Shown: one piece after another, positions 9,398-18,628 of the stretch
Position numbering within the stretch: the first letter of the stretch is position 1
Layout: each line of letters opens with the position of its first letter
Assembly (NCBI GenBank): GCA_038205545.1
Contig: JBBRBV010000009.1
Location: forward strand, 1,913-65,912
DNA from: Actinomycetales bacterium
GTDB taxonomy: Bacteria > Actinomycetota > Actinomycetes > Actinomycetales > Microbacteriaceae
Direction of reading: 5' to 3'
Length of the DNA: 64,000 bases
Notes under the pieces: generated by a model
Seen by the model: the letters and a program-made list of their open reading frames with translations, nothing else
The model's database searches: none
What the model was told of the DNA's origin: nothing
Translations under genes and position numbers: made by a program

Positions 9398-9934
9398 ATG
9401 GTGGGCATGCCCTTTGCGTCACTCACCCCCGATGAGTCGACGCCGTTTCGCATCATTTTCGTGTGTACCGGAAACATCTGCCGATCACCGATGGCCGAAG
9501 TCGTGTTGCGAGACCTCGTTACGAAGCTCGGCCTCGGTCGTCTCATCGCGACCAGCTCGGCCGGCACCGGAGACTGGCACGTCGGCGAGCAGGCCGACGG
9601 GCGCACGATCACTTCGCTGGCCAAACGCGGCTATGACGGCAGCCACCACCGGGCCCGCCAATTTGATCCGGGCTGGTTCGCTGAGCACGACCTCATCGTG
9701 GTTCTCGACCGCAGCCAGGAGCGCGTTTTGCGCAACTGGGCACACGAGGAGAGCGACCGCGCCAAGGTGCGCCTGCTGCTGAGCTTTGACGCCGAACAGG
9801 CTGCCCTGCTGGACGTGCCCGATCCCTACTATTCCGACGATGCGTTGTTTGACGCCATATTAGGCATGATTGAGAGGGCAAGTCACGCACTTGTGAAACA
9901 ACTTGCACCCGCAATTCGACAGGGAGTCCGATGA
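9398..9934 (+). CDS. low-molecular-weight protein-tyrosine phosphatase
   Basis: Active-site CX5R(S/T) loop VCTGNICRSP and DP motif DVPDPYY. Start trimmed to ATG 9398 (MVGMPFASL). ATGA overlap with purB. Confidence 0.88.
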   Translation: MVGMPFASLTPDESTPFRIIFVCTGNICRSPMAEVVLRDLVTKLGLGRLIATSSAGTGDWHVGEQADGRTITSLAKRGYDGSHHRARQFDPGWFAEHDLIVVLDRSQERVLRNWAHEESDRAKVRLLLSFDAEQAALLDVPDPYYSDDALFDAILGMIERASHALVKQLAPAIRQGVR

Positions 9935-11313
9935 GTCACCTACCCGTACAGGTTTTGAGCCCGCTAGATGGCCGCTACCGATCCTTCGTTTCTGATCTGG
10001 GTGAATTCCTGTCCGAGGCCGGCCTCAACCGCGCCAGGGTGCGCGTGGAGGTGGAGTGGCTGATCACCCTCACCGACCGCAGCCTGTTCGGTTCCGCTCC
10101 CCTGACAAACGAGCAGAAGTTCTCCCTGCGCGCGCTGGTGACCGACTTCGGCCAGGACGAGATCGACGAGCTGGCCGAGCTGGAGGCCACCACCCGCCAC
10201 GACGTGAAGGCCGTCGAATACCTCGTGCGGCGACGCCTAGGCGCGCTCGGGCTCGACCACATCAGCGAACTCACTCACTTTGCCGCCACCAGCGAAGACA
10301 TCAACAACCTCTCCTACGCCCTGACCGTGCGTGACGCCGTACAGACCGTCTGGCTGCCCAAGCTGCGCCTGGTTATCGAGGCACTCCGCAGTAGTGCGCT
10401 CGAATTCCGAGCGGATGCCATGCTGGCGCGCACCCACGGCCAGCCCGCTACACCGACCACGATGGGTAAAGAACTCGCCGTGTTCGTCTACCGCCTCGAG
10501 CGCATCGTGGTACAGATCGAAGCGGGCGAGTACCTGGGCAAGTTCAGCGGCGCGACCGGCACCTTCGCCGCGCACGTGGCCGCCGAGCCGTCGATCAACT
10601 GGCCCGCCGTCTCACGCGAGTTCGTCGAGGGCCTCGGTCTCGGCTGGAACCCCCTCACCACCCAGATCGAATCCCACGACTGGCAGGCCGAGCTGTATTC
10701 CCGCGCCTCGCACGCGAACCGTATTCTGCACAACCTGGCCACCGATATCTGGACCTACATCTCCATCGGCTACTTCCGCCAGGTTCCGCAGGTCGGCGCC
10801 ACCGGTTCCTCCACCATGCCGCACAAGATCAACCCGATTCGTTTCGAGAACGCCGAGGCGAACCTCGAATTGTCCTGTGCCATCCTGGATTCTCTTGCCG
10901 CCACCCTCGTGACCAGTCGGCTGCAGCGTGACCTCACAGATTCCACCACGCAGCGCAACATCGGTGTCGGTTTCGGACATTCATTGCTCGCGCTCGAGAA
11001 CATTCTGCGCGGCCTCGGCGAGATTGACCTTGATCGTGCGCTGCTTGCACGCGACCTCGACTCGAACTGGGAGATTCTGGGCGAGGCGATTCAGACCGTG
11101 ATTCGCGCTGAGGTCTCGGCCGGACGCTCATCGATCGAGGATCCCTACGCGCTCCTCAAGGAGCTCACCCGCGGTAAGCGCATCACGAGCGCCGACCTGG
11201 CAGCGTTCGTCTCGGCGCTGGACATCGGTCCCGCCGCCAAAACGCGGCTCCTCGCCCTGACCCCGGCCAGCTACATCGGTCTCGCCGACCCTTTGGTGGA
11301 CTACCTGCCCTAG
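9931..11313 (+). CDS. purB: adenylosuccinate lyase
   Basis: 460 aa. Fumarate-lyase signature GSSTMPHKINP. Confidence 0.95.
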   Translation: MSHLPVQVLSPLDGRYRSFVSDLGEFLSEAGLNRARVRVEVEWLITLTDRSLFGSAPLTNEQKFSLRALVTDFGQDEIDELAELEATTRHDVKAVEYLVRRRLGALGLDHISELTHFAATSEDINNLSYALTVRDAVQTVWLPKLRLVIEALRSSALEFRADAMLARTHGQPATPTTMGKELAVFVYRLERIVVQIEAGEYLGKFSGATGTFAAHVAAEPSINWPAVSREFVEGLGLGWNPLTTQIESHDWQAELYSRASHANRILHNLATDIWTYISIGYFRQVPQVGATGSSTMPHKINPIRFENAEANLELSCAILDSLAATLVTSRLQRDLTDSTTQRNIGVGFGHSLLALENILRGLGEIDLDRALLARDLDSNWEILGEAIQTVIRAEVSAGRSSIEDPYALLKELTRGKRITSADLAAFVSALDIGPAAKTRLLALTPASYIGLADPLVDYLP

Positions 11314-11390
11314 TGCGTGGGAACCGTGGCGCCAAGCGCCTTCATCGATTCTCGACGAAGGCGCTTGGCGCTATCCGGTCGGGTGGCTAG

Positions 11391-11660
11391 TCAGTGGCCG
11401 TTCTGCTCGTCAAGATCGGTTTGCTCTGACGCGTTCGGCTTCATCCCGAGTACGAGCATCGCAATGACAACGAGCGCCACAATAAACGTCACACCCAACC
11501 CGATGACGGACAGCATCAACTCGCGCGTGGTCAACAGAATGGTCAGACCGACGAACAGGGCCATTACTCCGGAGATCGTGAGGAGCTCGGCGGGCTTTAA
11601 CCGGTCCGATCGGCTGGGCTGCTGCGGCGAATTTGGCGTATCGGGAGTCTTTTTGGTCAC
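11391..11660 (-). CDS. small two-TM membrane protein
   Basis: GTG at 11660 overlaps the stop of the upstream membrane-protein gene (GTGA). Encodes VTKKTPDTPNSPQQ... followed by two hydrophobic helices. Longer track versions (to 11906 / 11949) overlap the upstream gene and were trimmed. Confidence 0.55.
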   Translation of the reverse strand: MTKKTPDTPNSPQQPSRSDRLKPAELLTISGVMALFVGLTILLTTRELMLSVIGLGVTFIVALVVIAMLVLGMKPNASEQTDLDEQNGH

Positions 11661-12298
11661 AGGGAGTCCGAATCGTTGGGGACGGTGCTGGTGGGCACGG
11701 TGCTGGTGGGCACGGTCTGAAGGGGTTCTGAGTTGGCCCGGCCCTGACGGGGAGCGGTCCACTTGAGGGAGAGCCCGGCGATGGGCAGGAATACCGCGAG
11801 AAAGACCAGGTATGCACCGAAGAGACCGACCGACACGACCGGGTTGGGAGGTAGCAGCATAAAGAGCAACGCCAGCACGGCGGCGCTGATTCCGGTGAAG
11901 AGCCAATCCTTGGCCGGTAGCGCCCGCTTGCGAATCCGGATGCCTGCATAGATTTCTAGAAAACCGGTGACGGCTGCCCAGACGCTCACGACAAACAGAA
12001 AGAAGCCGTGTCCGCCGGTGTGGAAGCCGAGCGCTACACCACCGGCGACCATACTCGCAATGCCCTGAATCAAGAACAGACTGCGATCAGTGCGCACGGT
12101 GAGTGTTCGCGGTCCGAGCAGCACGAGGAGAAGCCCGCTGGCCAGCGCGAATGAACCGAACACCAGGAGACCGAATTCAGCGGAATGGTCCTCGTTGAAG
12201 GTTACAATTGCTGCCGGAACCAGCGCGATCAGGGCACGCCCGACGGGTACGTACCAGTACTCCGGCCCGACGTTTGATGGTGCCTGGATGTTCACCAC
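11657..12298 (-). CDS. multi-pass membrane protein (possibly HdeD/DUF308-like)
   Basis: About 6 hydrophobic segments. C-terminal TVPTSTVPTSTVP repeat. Probable GTG start at 12298 preceded by GGAAGAGG; the track ORF starts at TTG 12319. Confidence 0.7.
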   Translation of the reverse strand: MVNIQAPSNVGPEYWYVPVGRALIALVPAAIVTFNEDHSAEFGLLVFGSFALASGLLLVLLGPRTLTVRTDRSLFLIQGIASMVAGGVALGFHTGGHGFFLFVVSVWAAVTGFLEIYAGIRIRKRALPAKDWLFTGISAAVLALLFMLLPPNPVVSVGLFGAYLVFLAVFLPIAGLSLKWTAPRQGRANSEPLQTVPTSTVPTSTVPNDSDSL

Positions 12299-12439
12299 GC
12301 AGGACCTCTTCCGTTGCAAATTTTTCTCAGACCTAGTCTACGCGCCGACTCGACGGCGCATCTGCGAGCCACCTGCACGCCGGCCTGCACGGAGGTGCTC
12401 CACGCTGACGCCCGGGCGGTAGGCCACGCATCGGGCAAT

Positions 12440-13867
12440 CTACCCGCCGGCCACCATATCGGCGAACCGGGAGTAATGGCCGTGGAAGGCAACCGTGACG
12501 GTACGGGTCGGGCCGTTACGGTGTTTAGCCACGATAAGGTCGGCCTCACCAGCACGGGGGTTGTCTTTTTCGTAAGCACTCTCGCGGTGCAGGAGAATAA
12601 CCATGTCGGCGTCCTGCTCGAGCGAACCAGACTCACGAAGGTCGGAGATGGCTGGCATCTTATCGGCGCGCTGCTCCGGCCCACGGTTGAGCTGGGAGAG
12701 CGCGATAACCGGAACCTGCAGTTCTTTCGCGAGCAGCTTGAGCGCTCGCGAGAACTCGCTGACCTCTTGCTGGCGCGACTCGACCTTCTTACCGCTGGTC
12801 ATCAGCTGCAGGTAGTCGATAATGACCATTTTGAGGCCGACACGCTGCTTGAGGCGGCGGCATTTGGCGCGGATTTCGACCAGGGTCATGTTCGGGCTGT
12901 CGTCGATGTAGAGGGGCGCATCGTTGATGCGCCCGCGCGTGGCAGCGATCGTGGTCCAGTCGCGGGTCTCGACGGTGCCCTTGCGCATGCTCTGCAGCGG
13001 CACGGATGCTTCCGCCGCGAGCAGGCGCATCGCAATTTCACTGCGCCCCATTTCGAGGGAGAAGAAGATGCTCGGCATGTCGTTGTGAATGGATGCTGAA
13101 CGCGCGAAGTCGAGCGCGAGCGTTGATTTGCCGAGCGCCGGGCGAGCCGCCACGATGATGAGCTGGCCGCCGTGGAACCCGTTGGTGAGTTCGTCGAGAT
13201 CGGCGAACCCCGTGGGGACACCGCTCATCTGGCCATCTTTAAGCTTGGCGGCCTCAATCTCTTCGATCGCAGCAGTCACGGCGTCGGTGAGTGGTACGTA
13301 GTCTTCAGTTTCTGTACCACCCGTGACGGAGTAGATTTCGGCCTGGGCCGTGTTCACGAGGTCGAGCACCTCGCCCTCGCCGGCGTAGCCCATCTGGGCG
13401 ATGCGCGTGCCAGCCTCGACGAGGCGGCGTAGCAGCGCGCGTTCGGCCACGATGGTGGAGTAGAAACCAGCGTTGGCTGCAGTGGGTACCAGGCTCGTCA
13501 GGGTGTGCAGGTAGTCGGCGCCGCCCGCCCGGGAGAGTTCGCCGATCTTGGTGAGCTCATCGGTGACCGTGATGACATCGGTCGGCTCGCCCTGGGCGTA
13601 AAGCGAGAGAATCGCATCGAAGATGATCTCGTGCTTGGGGATATAGAAATCCCCCCCGCGCACGGTCTCGACGACGTCAGCGACGGCGTCCTTGCTGAGC
13701 ATCATTCCGCCGAGTGCACTCTGTTCGGCCAGAAGGTCGTGGGGTAGCGCTCGCTCCGACTTCCAGGCTTCAGCGGGCCGCTCTCCACGGTCCAGCCCAC
13801 CGCGGGCCGACGAACCGTACTCGTTTGACGCTGGCTGGTTGGCCAGACCCAGATGAGCGATCGACAC
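12440..13867 (-). CDS. dnaB: replicative DNA helicase
   Basis: 475 aa. N-terminal DnaB domain, Walker A ARPALGKSTLALD, IDYLQLM, no intein insertion. Confidence 0.96.
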   Translation of the reverse strand: MSIAHLGLANQPASNEYGSSARGGLDRGERPAEAWKSERALPHDLLAEQSALGGMMLSKDAVADVVETVRGGDFYIPKHEIIFDAILSLYAQGEPTDVITVTDELTKIGELSRAGGADYLHTLTSLVPTAANAGFYSTIVAERALLRRLVEAGTRIAQMGYAGEGEVLDLVNTAQAEIYSVTGGTETEDYVPLTDAVTAAIEEIEAAKLKDGQMSGVPTGFADLDELTNGFHGGQLIIVAARPALGKSTLALDFARSASIHNDMPSIFFSLEMGRSEIAMRLLAAEASVPLQSMRKGTVETRDWTTIAATRGRINDAPLYIDDSPNMTLVEIRAKCRRLKQRVGLKMVIIDYLQLMTSGKKVESRQQEVSEFSRALKLLAKELQVPVIALSQLNRGPEQRADKMPAISDLRESGSLEQDADMVILLHRESAYEKDNPRAGEADLIVAKHRNGPTRTVTVAFHGHYSRFADMVAGG

Positions 13868-14234
13868 TCGGCACCTCTTTCTCTGTCGTGCTTATAGGTG
13901 TATCAGAAGCCACCGACACGGGACGCAACACTCGATCGAGTGTGAAGCCGGTACTGCATCACCCTAAGGAGGCCGGAGCATCCCCGACAAATAACCCTGT
14001 GGAGAACTCTGTGGAGAATCTGGGCGAAACGCCGGGGAGATTGTGCAGAACCTGTGCACTCGCTTGTGGATAGAACTTGTAATTCTGTAGATAAATAGCC
14101 TTTGATCAGCTATTTAAATACTCCACATGGCTGTGAGTAAAGTAACTTCAATCAGGCCTTGAACCTTGTCGATACGAATGCTCACCTGTGCACAAAAGCA
14201 CTGAGTCGAGTCCCGCAGGAGGGCTCTTAACCCC

Positions 14235-14272
14235 ACATAGCGGAGGGTTCCTTTCGGAACCCTCCGCTATGT
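14235..14272 (-). terminator. strong hairpin downstream of rplI
   Basis: Perfect 17-bp inverted repeat ACATAGCGGAGGGTTCC-TTTC-GGAACCCTCCGCTATGT, 50 nt past the rplI stop. No clear U-tract. Confidence 0.6.
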
Positions 14273-14321
14273 AAGCAGGTGATGCACCCGGTATCAGCGC
14301 CGGGCCTACTGAAAAGCGATG

Positions 14322-14771
14322 CTACTTGGAGGCAACGACCACGAGAGTGATCGTGGCACTGAGCTCGTCGCGAAGACGAACCGTGGCCGAGTGCTCACCG
14401 GTCAGCTTAATCGCGGTGAACTCAATCTTGCGCTTGTCGACCGTGCCGAGGCCAACGGCTGCAACGGCGTTAGCCACATCCGAGGTCTTGACCGAACCGA
14501 ACAGGCGTCCGCCAGCGCCGGCCTTGACGACCAGGGTGACCTTGGTGTTCTCAAGCTTAACCTTGAGCGCCTCGGCCTCTTCAAAGGTGGCGTGCTCGCG
14601 CGCTGCGCGGGCTGCCTTGATCTGCTCGATCTGCTTCTCGCCACCGCGGGTCCACGCCACAGCGAAGCCCTTGGGAACGAGGTAGTTACGAGCAAACCCG
14701 TTCTTGACGTCTACGACGTCGCCGGGTGCACCGAGGCCGGAGACCTCATGCGTCAGAATCAATTTCGACAT
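14322..14771 (-). CDS. rplI: 50S ribosomal protein L9
   Basis: 149 aa. [33 protein letters not shown]. Confidence 0.96.
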   Translation of the reverse strand: MSKLILTHEVSGLGAPGDVVDVKNGFARNYLVPKGFAVAWTRGGEKQIEQIKAARAAREHATFEEAEALKVKLENTKVTLVVKAGAGGRLFGSVKTSDVANAVAAVGLGTVDKRKIEFTAIKLTGEHSATVRLRDELSATITLVVVASK

Positions 14772-14780
14772 TTGGTTTCC

Positions 14781-15044
14781 TTACCGGCCTGAGCCTGCGT
14801 ACGGCAGCAAAGCCATTTCGCGGGCGTTCTTGACGGCACGGGCGATGAGGCGCTGTTCCTGGACGGAAACGCCCGTGATGCGACGGGCGCGGATCTTTCC
14901 ACGCTCGGAGATGAACTTGCGCAGGGTGGGGACATCTTTGTAATCGATGACACCAACCCGAATCGACTTCGCGGGAGCGGCGTTTTTGCCACCCTTAGCT
15001 CCACGAAGCGGCTTGCGGCGATCGCCGCTCGACTTTCCAGCCAT
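14781..15044 (-). CDS. rpsR: 30S ribosomal protein S18
   Basis: 87 aa. [24 protein letters not shown]. Confidence 0.96.
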   Translation of the reverse strand: MAGKSSGDRRKPLRGAKGGKNAAPAKSIRVGVIDYKDVPTLRKFISERGKIRARRITGVSVQEQRLIARAVKNAREMALLPYAGSGR

Positions 15045-15093
15045 GATTTCCTTACTTTCTCAAAATCGGTATGAGCTACGCGCGCGGCGTGGC

Positions 15094-15612
15094 TTAGAAG
15101 GGGGTCTCGTCGCTGAAGTTGCCTGGGCTGTTCCAGACGTCCCCACCGGATGCTGCGGGCGACGCAGTCTTGGCGGGGGCGCTCGGTGCCCACGGCTCAT
15201 CGTTGCCCTGCCCACCGGCAGCGGGAGTGCTGCTGCGGGGGCCGGACGACTGCGCGCGAGTGACGGAAGCGGTGGCATAGCGCAGCGAAGGACCAATTTC
15301 GTCGATCTCGAGCTCCATACTCGTGCGCTTTTCACCTTCCTTCGTCTCGTACGAACGCTGCTTGAGACGCCCGGAAGCGATGACACGCGACCCCTTGGTC
15401 AATGAACCTGCCACGTGCTCGGCGAATTCACGCCAAACGCTCGCACGCAGGAACAGCGCGTCGCCATCTTTCCACTCGTTAGCCGCACGATCGAACGTAC
15501 GAGGAGTGGAAGCGATAGTGAAGTTGGCAACCGCCAGCCCGTTCTGCGTGTAACGCAGTTCCGGATCGCTAGTGAGGTTGCCCACCACGGTGATTACGGT
15601 CTCGCCAGCCAT
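15094..15612 (-). CDS. ssb: single-stranded DNA-binding protein
   Basis: 172 aa. OB-fold N-terminus, Gly/Pro-rich linker, acidic C-terminal tip DETPF. Confidence 0.96.
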   Translation of the reverse strand: MAGETVITVVGNLTSDPELRYTQNGLAVANFTIASTPRTFDRAANEWKDGDALFLRASVWREFAEHVAGSLTKGSRVIASGRLKQRSYETKEGEKRTSMELEIDEIGPSLRYATASVTRAQSSGPRSSTPAAGGQGNDEPWAPSAPAKTASPAASGGDVWNSPGNFSDETPF

Positions 15613-15615
15613 GGG

Positions 15616-16251
15616 CTACTTGTCGCTTGCCTTGTCGGCAACGGCGGCGGGAGCCGGGGTGGCCTTGGCAGCAGCAGGCTTGGCAGCAGCAACCTTCGCT
15701 GCCGGGGCAGCGGTGGAGGCGGCAGTAACCGGAGCGGAAGCCTCGACCTTGGCAGCAACCGGAGCCGCAGCAGCCGGAGCTACATCGGCCGCGTCGGCGT
15801 CGGGCTTCGCAGCAGCGGCCTCCTTGGCGGCAGCGGCAGCAGTCGCTGCAGCCGCAGTCGCTGCAGCCGCAGCGTCAGCCTTGGCGGCAATGACCTTCGG
15901 GTTGGCAGCCTTGCGGGCTGCCTTCTCTGCGGCCAGCTTGGTTGCGACGACGACCTGGGCAATGCCCTCTTCGGCGCGGAGTACCTTGGTGCGCATGACG
16001 GCCTCGGAAAGACTCAGCTGGCGGTCGAGCTCGACCGTGGCTGAGGCGTTCGCGGTGAAGTCAACGACGGCATAAATGCCTTCGGTCTTCTTGTTGATCT
16101 CGTATGCGAGACGACGACGACCCCAAACATCAACCTTGTCAATGGTGCCACCATCGTTGCGAACAACGTTGAGGAACTTGTCAAGGCTGGGAGCTACGGT
16201 GCGCTCATCGATCTCGGGATCGAGGATAACCATAAGTTCGTACTGATGCAT
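15616..16251 (-). CDS. rpsF: 30S ribosomal protein S6 with long Ala/Lys/Pro-rich C-terminal extension
   Basis: The canonical S6 fold occupies the first ~95 aa ([12 protein letters not shown]...RTKVLRAEE). An open frame continues ~115 aa of low-complexity A/K/P sequence up to 3 nt before the ssb start. Confidence 0.9.
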   Translation of the reverse strand: MHQYELMVILDPEIDERTVAPSLDKFLNVVRNDGGTIDKVDVWGRRRLAYEINKKTEGIYAVVDFTANASATVELDRQLSLSEAVMRTKVLRAEEGIAQVVVATKLAAEKAARKAANPKVIAAKADAAAAATAAAATAAAAAKEAAAAKPDADAADVAPAAAAPVAAKVEASAPVTAASTAAPAAKVAAAKPAAAKATPAPAAVADKASDK

Positions 16252-16405
16252 GACTAACCCACCTCCTTCGGACTAAAACGGCTACAGACTTTCTGTAACA
16301 GGAGGGTTGTGCATGTGCTGAAAGCGGAGGCCGGGAATCCGGCACGCAGGCAACCTGCCCAGACTACCGGATGCCGCCTCCCTCCGCCAATCGTTTGGTC
16401 TGGGG

Positions 16406-17743
16406 TTACTCGGTCAGAGTCGCGTTGGCGGCGTTCTGCGCGGCGCGCACACCGGGGGCCACGAGCGTGCGTCCAAGGAAGACCTCAGCCAGGATGGGTC
16501 GCATAGCGTTCGCGGCGGCCGGCCAGCCGGCTCCCCGCGGTGCCGGCGCCGTACCGCCAGCCAGGACGTCATAGAACGGACTGATATCGACCTGCTCGGC
16601 GGCCCAGTAGGCCGCGTACGCGGGCTGTGCGGCCAACACTGCCGGAGAGGCAGCGCCGGAAGCGCCGATAAATTCGGATCCGGAGGCACTTCCCAGCCAT
16701 TCCAGCACCCGCTGGGTTGCGGCCGGATGCTCCGACGCGGCATTGCCGGCGGCGGCGATGCCATCGACGCCGCTGATCGCTCCGGCAGGGCCGCTGGGCA
16801 GTTGCACCACACCCCAGTCAAAATTGGCCCCGTCGTTCACGTTGGCGAGGTTGTACACGCCACTTTGGAACAGAGCCATCTTGCCCTGCAGAAACTGGTC
16901 GCGGCTGAAATCACCGTTGGTGTTCGTGTCGGCGGCGGATGGCGCAACGTGCCATGTATTCATGAGGTCGACGAGGTATTGAAACGAAGCAATGCCCGCG
17001 TCGGAAGCAAAGGCGTATTGGCCAGACTCGTCTTGAAACTGAGCGCCACCAGAGGCCAGATAGTTCAGCACCATCGCTTGCAGGTCGTTGCCCGCGTTGT
17101 AGCCGTACTGGCTGAGGTTGGAACCGTCGAATTCTGCGTTGTCAGCCGTCGTGCCGTTGTAATCCTTCGTGAGTTTCTGAAGGACCGGAATGAGGGTGTC
17201 GTTGTCACCGTTGGGATCCCAGGTGAGTGCCGTCACGTCCTCGGGGGTCAGGCCGGCGTCACTGAGTAGATCGGCGTTGTAGTAGACCGCGATGCCGGGA
17301 TCGGCCAGCTGCGGCACGCCCCACAGCGCAGCGTCCCGGGTGTACTGGGCGACCACGGTCGGAGCCCAGCCGGCCCTCACGTCCGTTGGAATGATGCTCG
17401 TGATGTCGAGCAGTGCGCCGGCATCGGCATAGGCGGGGTAGCTGCCGCCATCGACCCAGAACACGTCGGGTGCTCCGGCACCGGCCACGTCGGTACGCAG
17501 CTTGGCAAAGTAGTCGTCCCAGGGCACAATCTCGACATCAACGAGAATGTCGGGGTTGTCCTGTTCGAAGGCGTCAAAGGACTTCTCATAGGCACTGGCG
17601 ACCTGTTCGTCCCAGAGCCGCACGGTCACCGTGGTGGCCTTAGCGGATGATGGTGAATCAAGGTTCAGGGCGGCAACGGCCCCGGTGATGACGAGCAGCA
17701 CCGCGGCAGCGCCGGCGGCAATGATGGTAGAACGCTTGGCCAT
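16406..17743 (-). CDS. carbohydrate ABC transporter substrate-binding protein
   Basis: 445 aa. N-terminal signal/anchor, family-1 extracellular solute-binding protein features. Last gene of a permease-permease-SBP operon. Confidence 0.88.
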   Translation of the reverse strand: MAKRSTIIAAGAAAVLLVITGAVAALNLDSPSSAKATTVTVRLWDEQVASAYEKSFDAFEQDNPDILVDVEIVPWDDYFAKLRTDVAGAGAPDVFWVDGGSYPAYADAGALLDITSIIPTDVRAGWAPTVVAQYTRDAALWGVPQLADPGIAVYYNADLLSDAGLTPEDVTALTWDPNGDNDTLIPVLQKLTKDYNGTTADNAEFDGSNLSQYGYNAGNDLQAMVLNYLASGGAQFQDESGQYAFASDAGIASFQYLVDLMNTWHVAPSAADTNTNGDFSRDQFLQGKMALFQSGVYNLANVNDGANFDWGVVQLPSGPAGAISGVDGIAAAGNAASEHPAATQRVLEWLGSASGSEFIGASGAASPAVLAAQPAYAAYWAAEQVDISPFYDVLAGGTAPAPRGAGWPAAANAMRPILAEVFLGRTLVAPGVRAAQNAANATLTE

Positions 17744-17797
17744 GATGTCCTTTATTGGCGGATTGACCCCGCCATGGTGTGAGCCCCGTGGGACAGC

Positions 17798-18628
17798 CTA
17801 CGCAGAACCCGCGATGGTTATGGACCGCACGAAGCTGCGCTGGAACAAAAGAAACAGTATGAGGAGCGGAACCAGGGCAAGCGTCGTGGCCGCCATGACG
17901 AGCGTCCAATTTCCGTTGAACTGGCTCTGCAGGCTCGCGGTGGCAACCGTCACGACCCGCCACTCGGTACCGGTCGTGACCACGAGGGGCCACATGAAAC
18001 TGTTCCAGTGGCTCACGATCGTAATGAGGGTCAGGGTCGCAATAATCGGGCGCGACAACGGCACGACGATCTCGACCAGGACGTCGAGGGTATTCGCACC
18101 GTCAAGTCGAGCAGCATCGATGAGTTCCTGCGGAATTCCGCGAAAATATTCACGCAGCAGAAAGATCGCGTAGGGCGAGGCGAAAGCAAAGGGCAATACG
18201 AGGCTCCAGAACGTGTTGCGCAAGCCGGCCTCGGTCATCATCAAGTACAGGGGCACGACGAGAACGACCGGCGGAATCATCAGCGTCGACAAATACACCC
18301 AGAACAAAATCTGCCGACCGGGAAAATCGACCCGGGCGAAGGCATAGGCGGCCAGAATCGAGCAGATCAACTGACCGACCAGAATCAGCATGGCCGCGAG
18401 CACCGTGATGAGGATGGCCCGACCGAATTGTGCCGGTCCATTCAACAGCAGCGCAAAATTCTCCAGGGTGAACGGGTCCGGCCAACTCAGCGCCGGCTGC
18501 TGTGCAAACTGCTCCCTGGTCTTGAAAGCGGTCAGGATGCTCAGCAGGAACGGGCCCAGGGTGAACAGGGCCCCGAGAACCAGCAGAAAGTAGACGGCCG
18601 CCGTGGAGGATACTTTAGTCCATTTCAT
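17798..18628 (-). CDS. carbohydrate ABC transporter permease
   Basis: 276 aa, 6 TM, EAA-type loop IDAARLDGANTLDVLVEIVVPLSRP. Confidence 0.92.
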   Translation of the reverse strand: MKWTKVSSTAAVYFLLVLGALFTLGPFLLSILTAFKTREQFAQQPALSWPDPFTLENFALLLNGPAQFGRAILITVLAAMLILVGQLICSILAAYAFARVDFPGRQILFWVYLSTLMIPPVVLVVPLYLMMTEAGLRNTFWSLVLPFAFASPYAIFLLREYFRGIPQELIDAARLDGANTLDVLVEIVVPLSRPIIATLTLITIVSHWNSFMWPLVVTTGTEWRVVTVATASLQSQFNGNWTLVMAATTLALVPLLILFLLFQRSFVRSITIAGSA

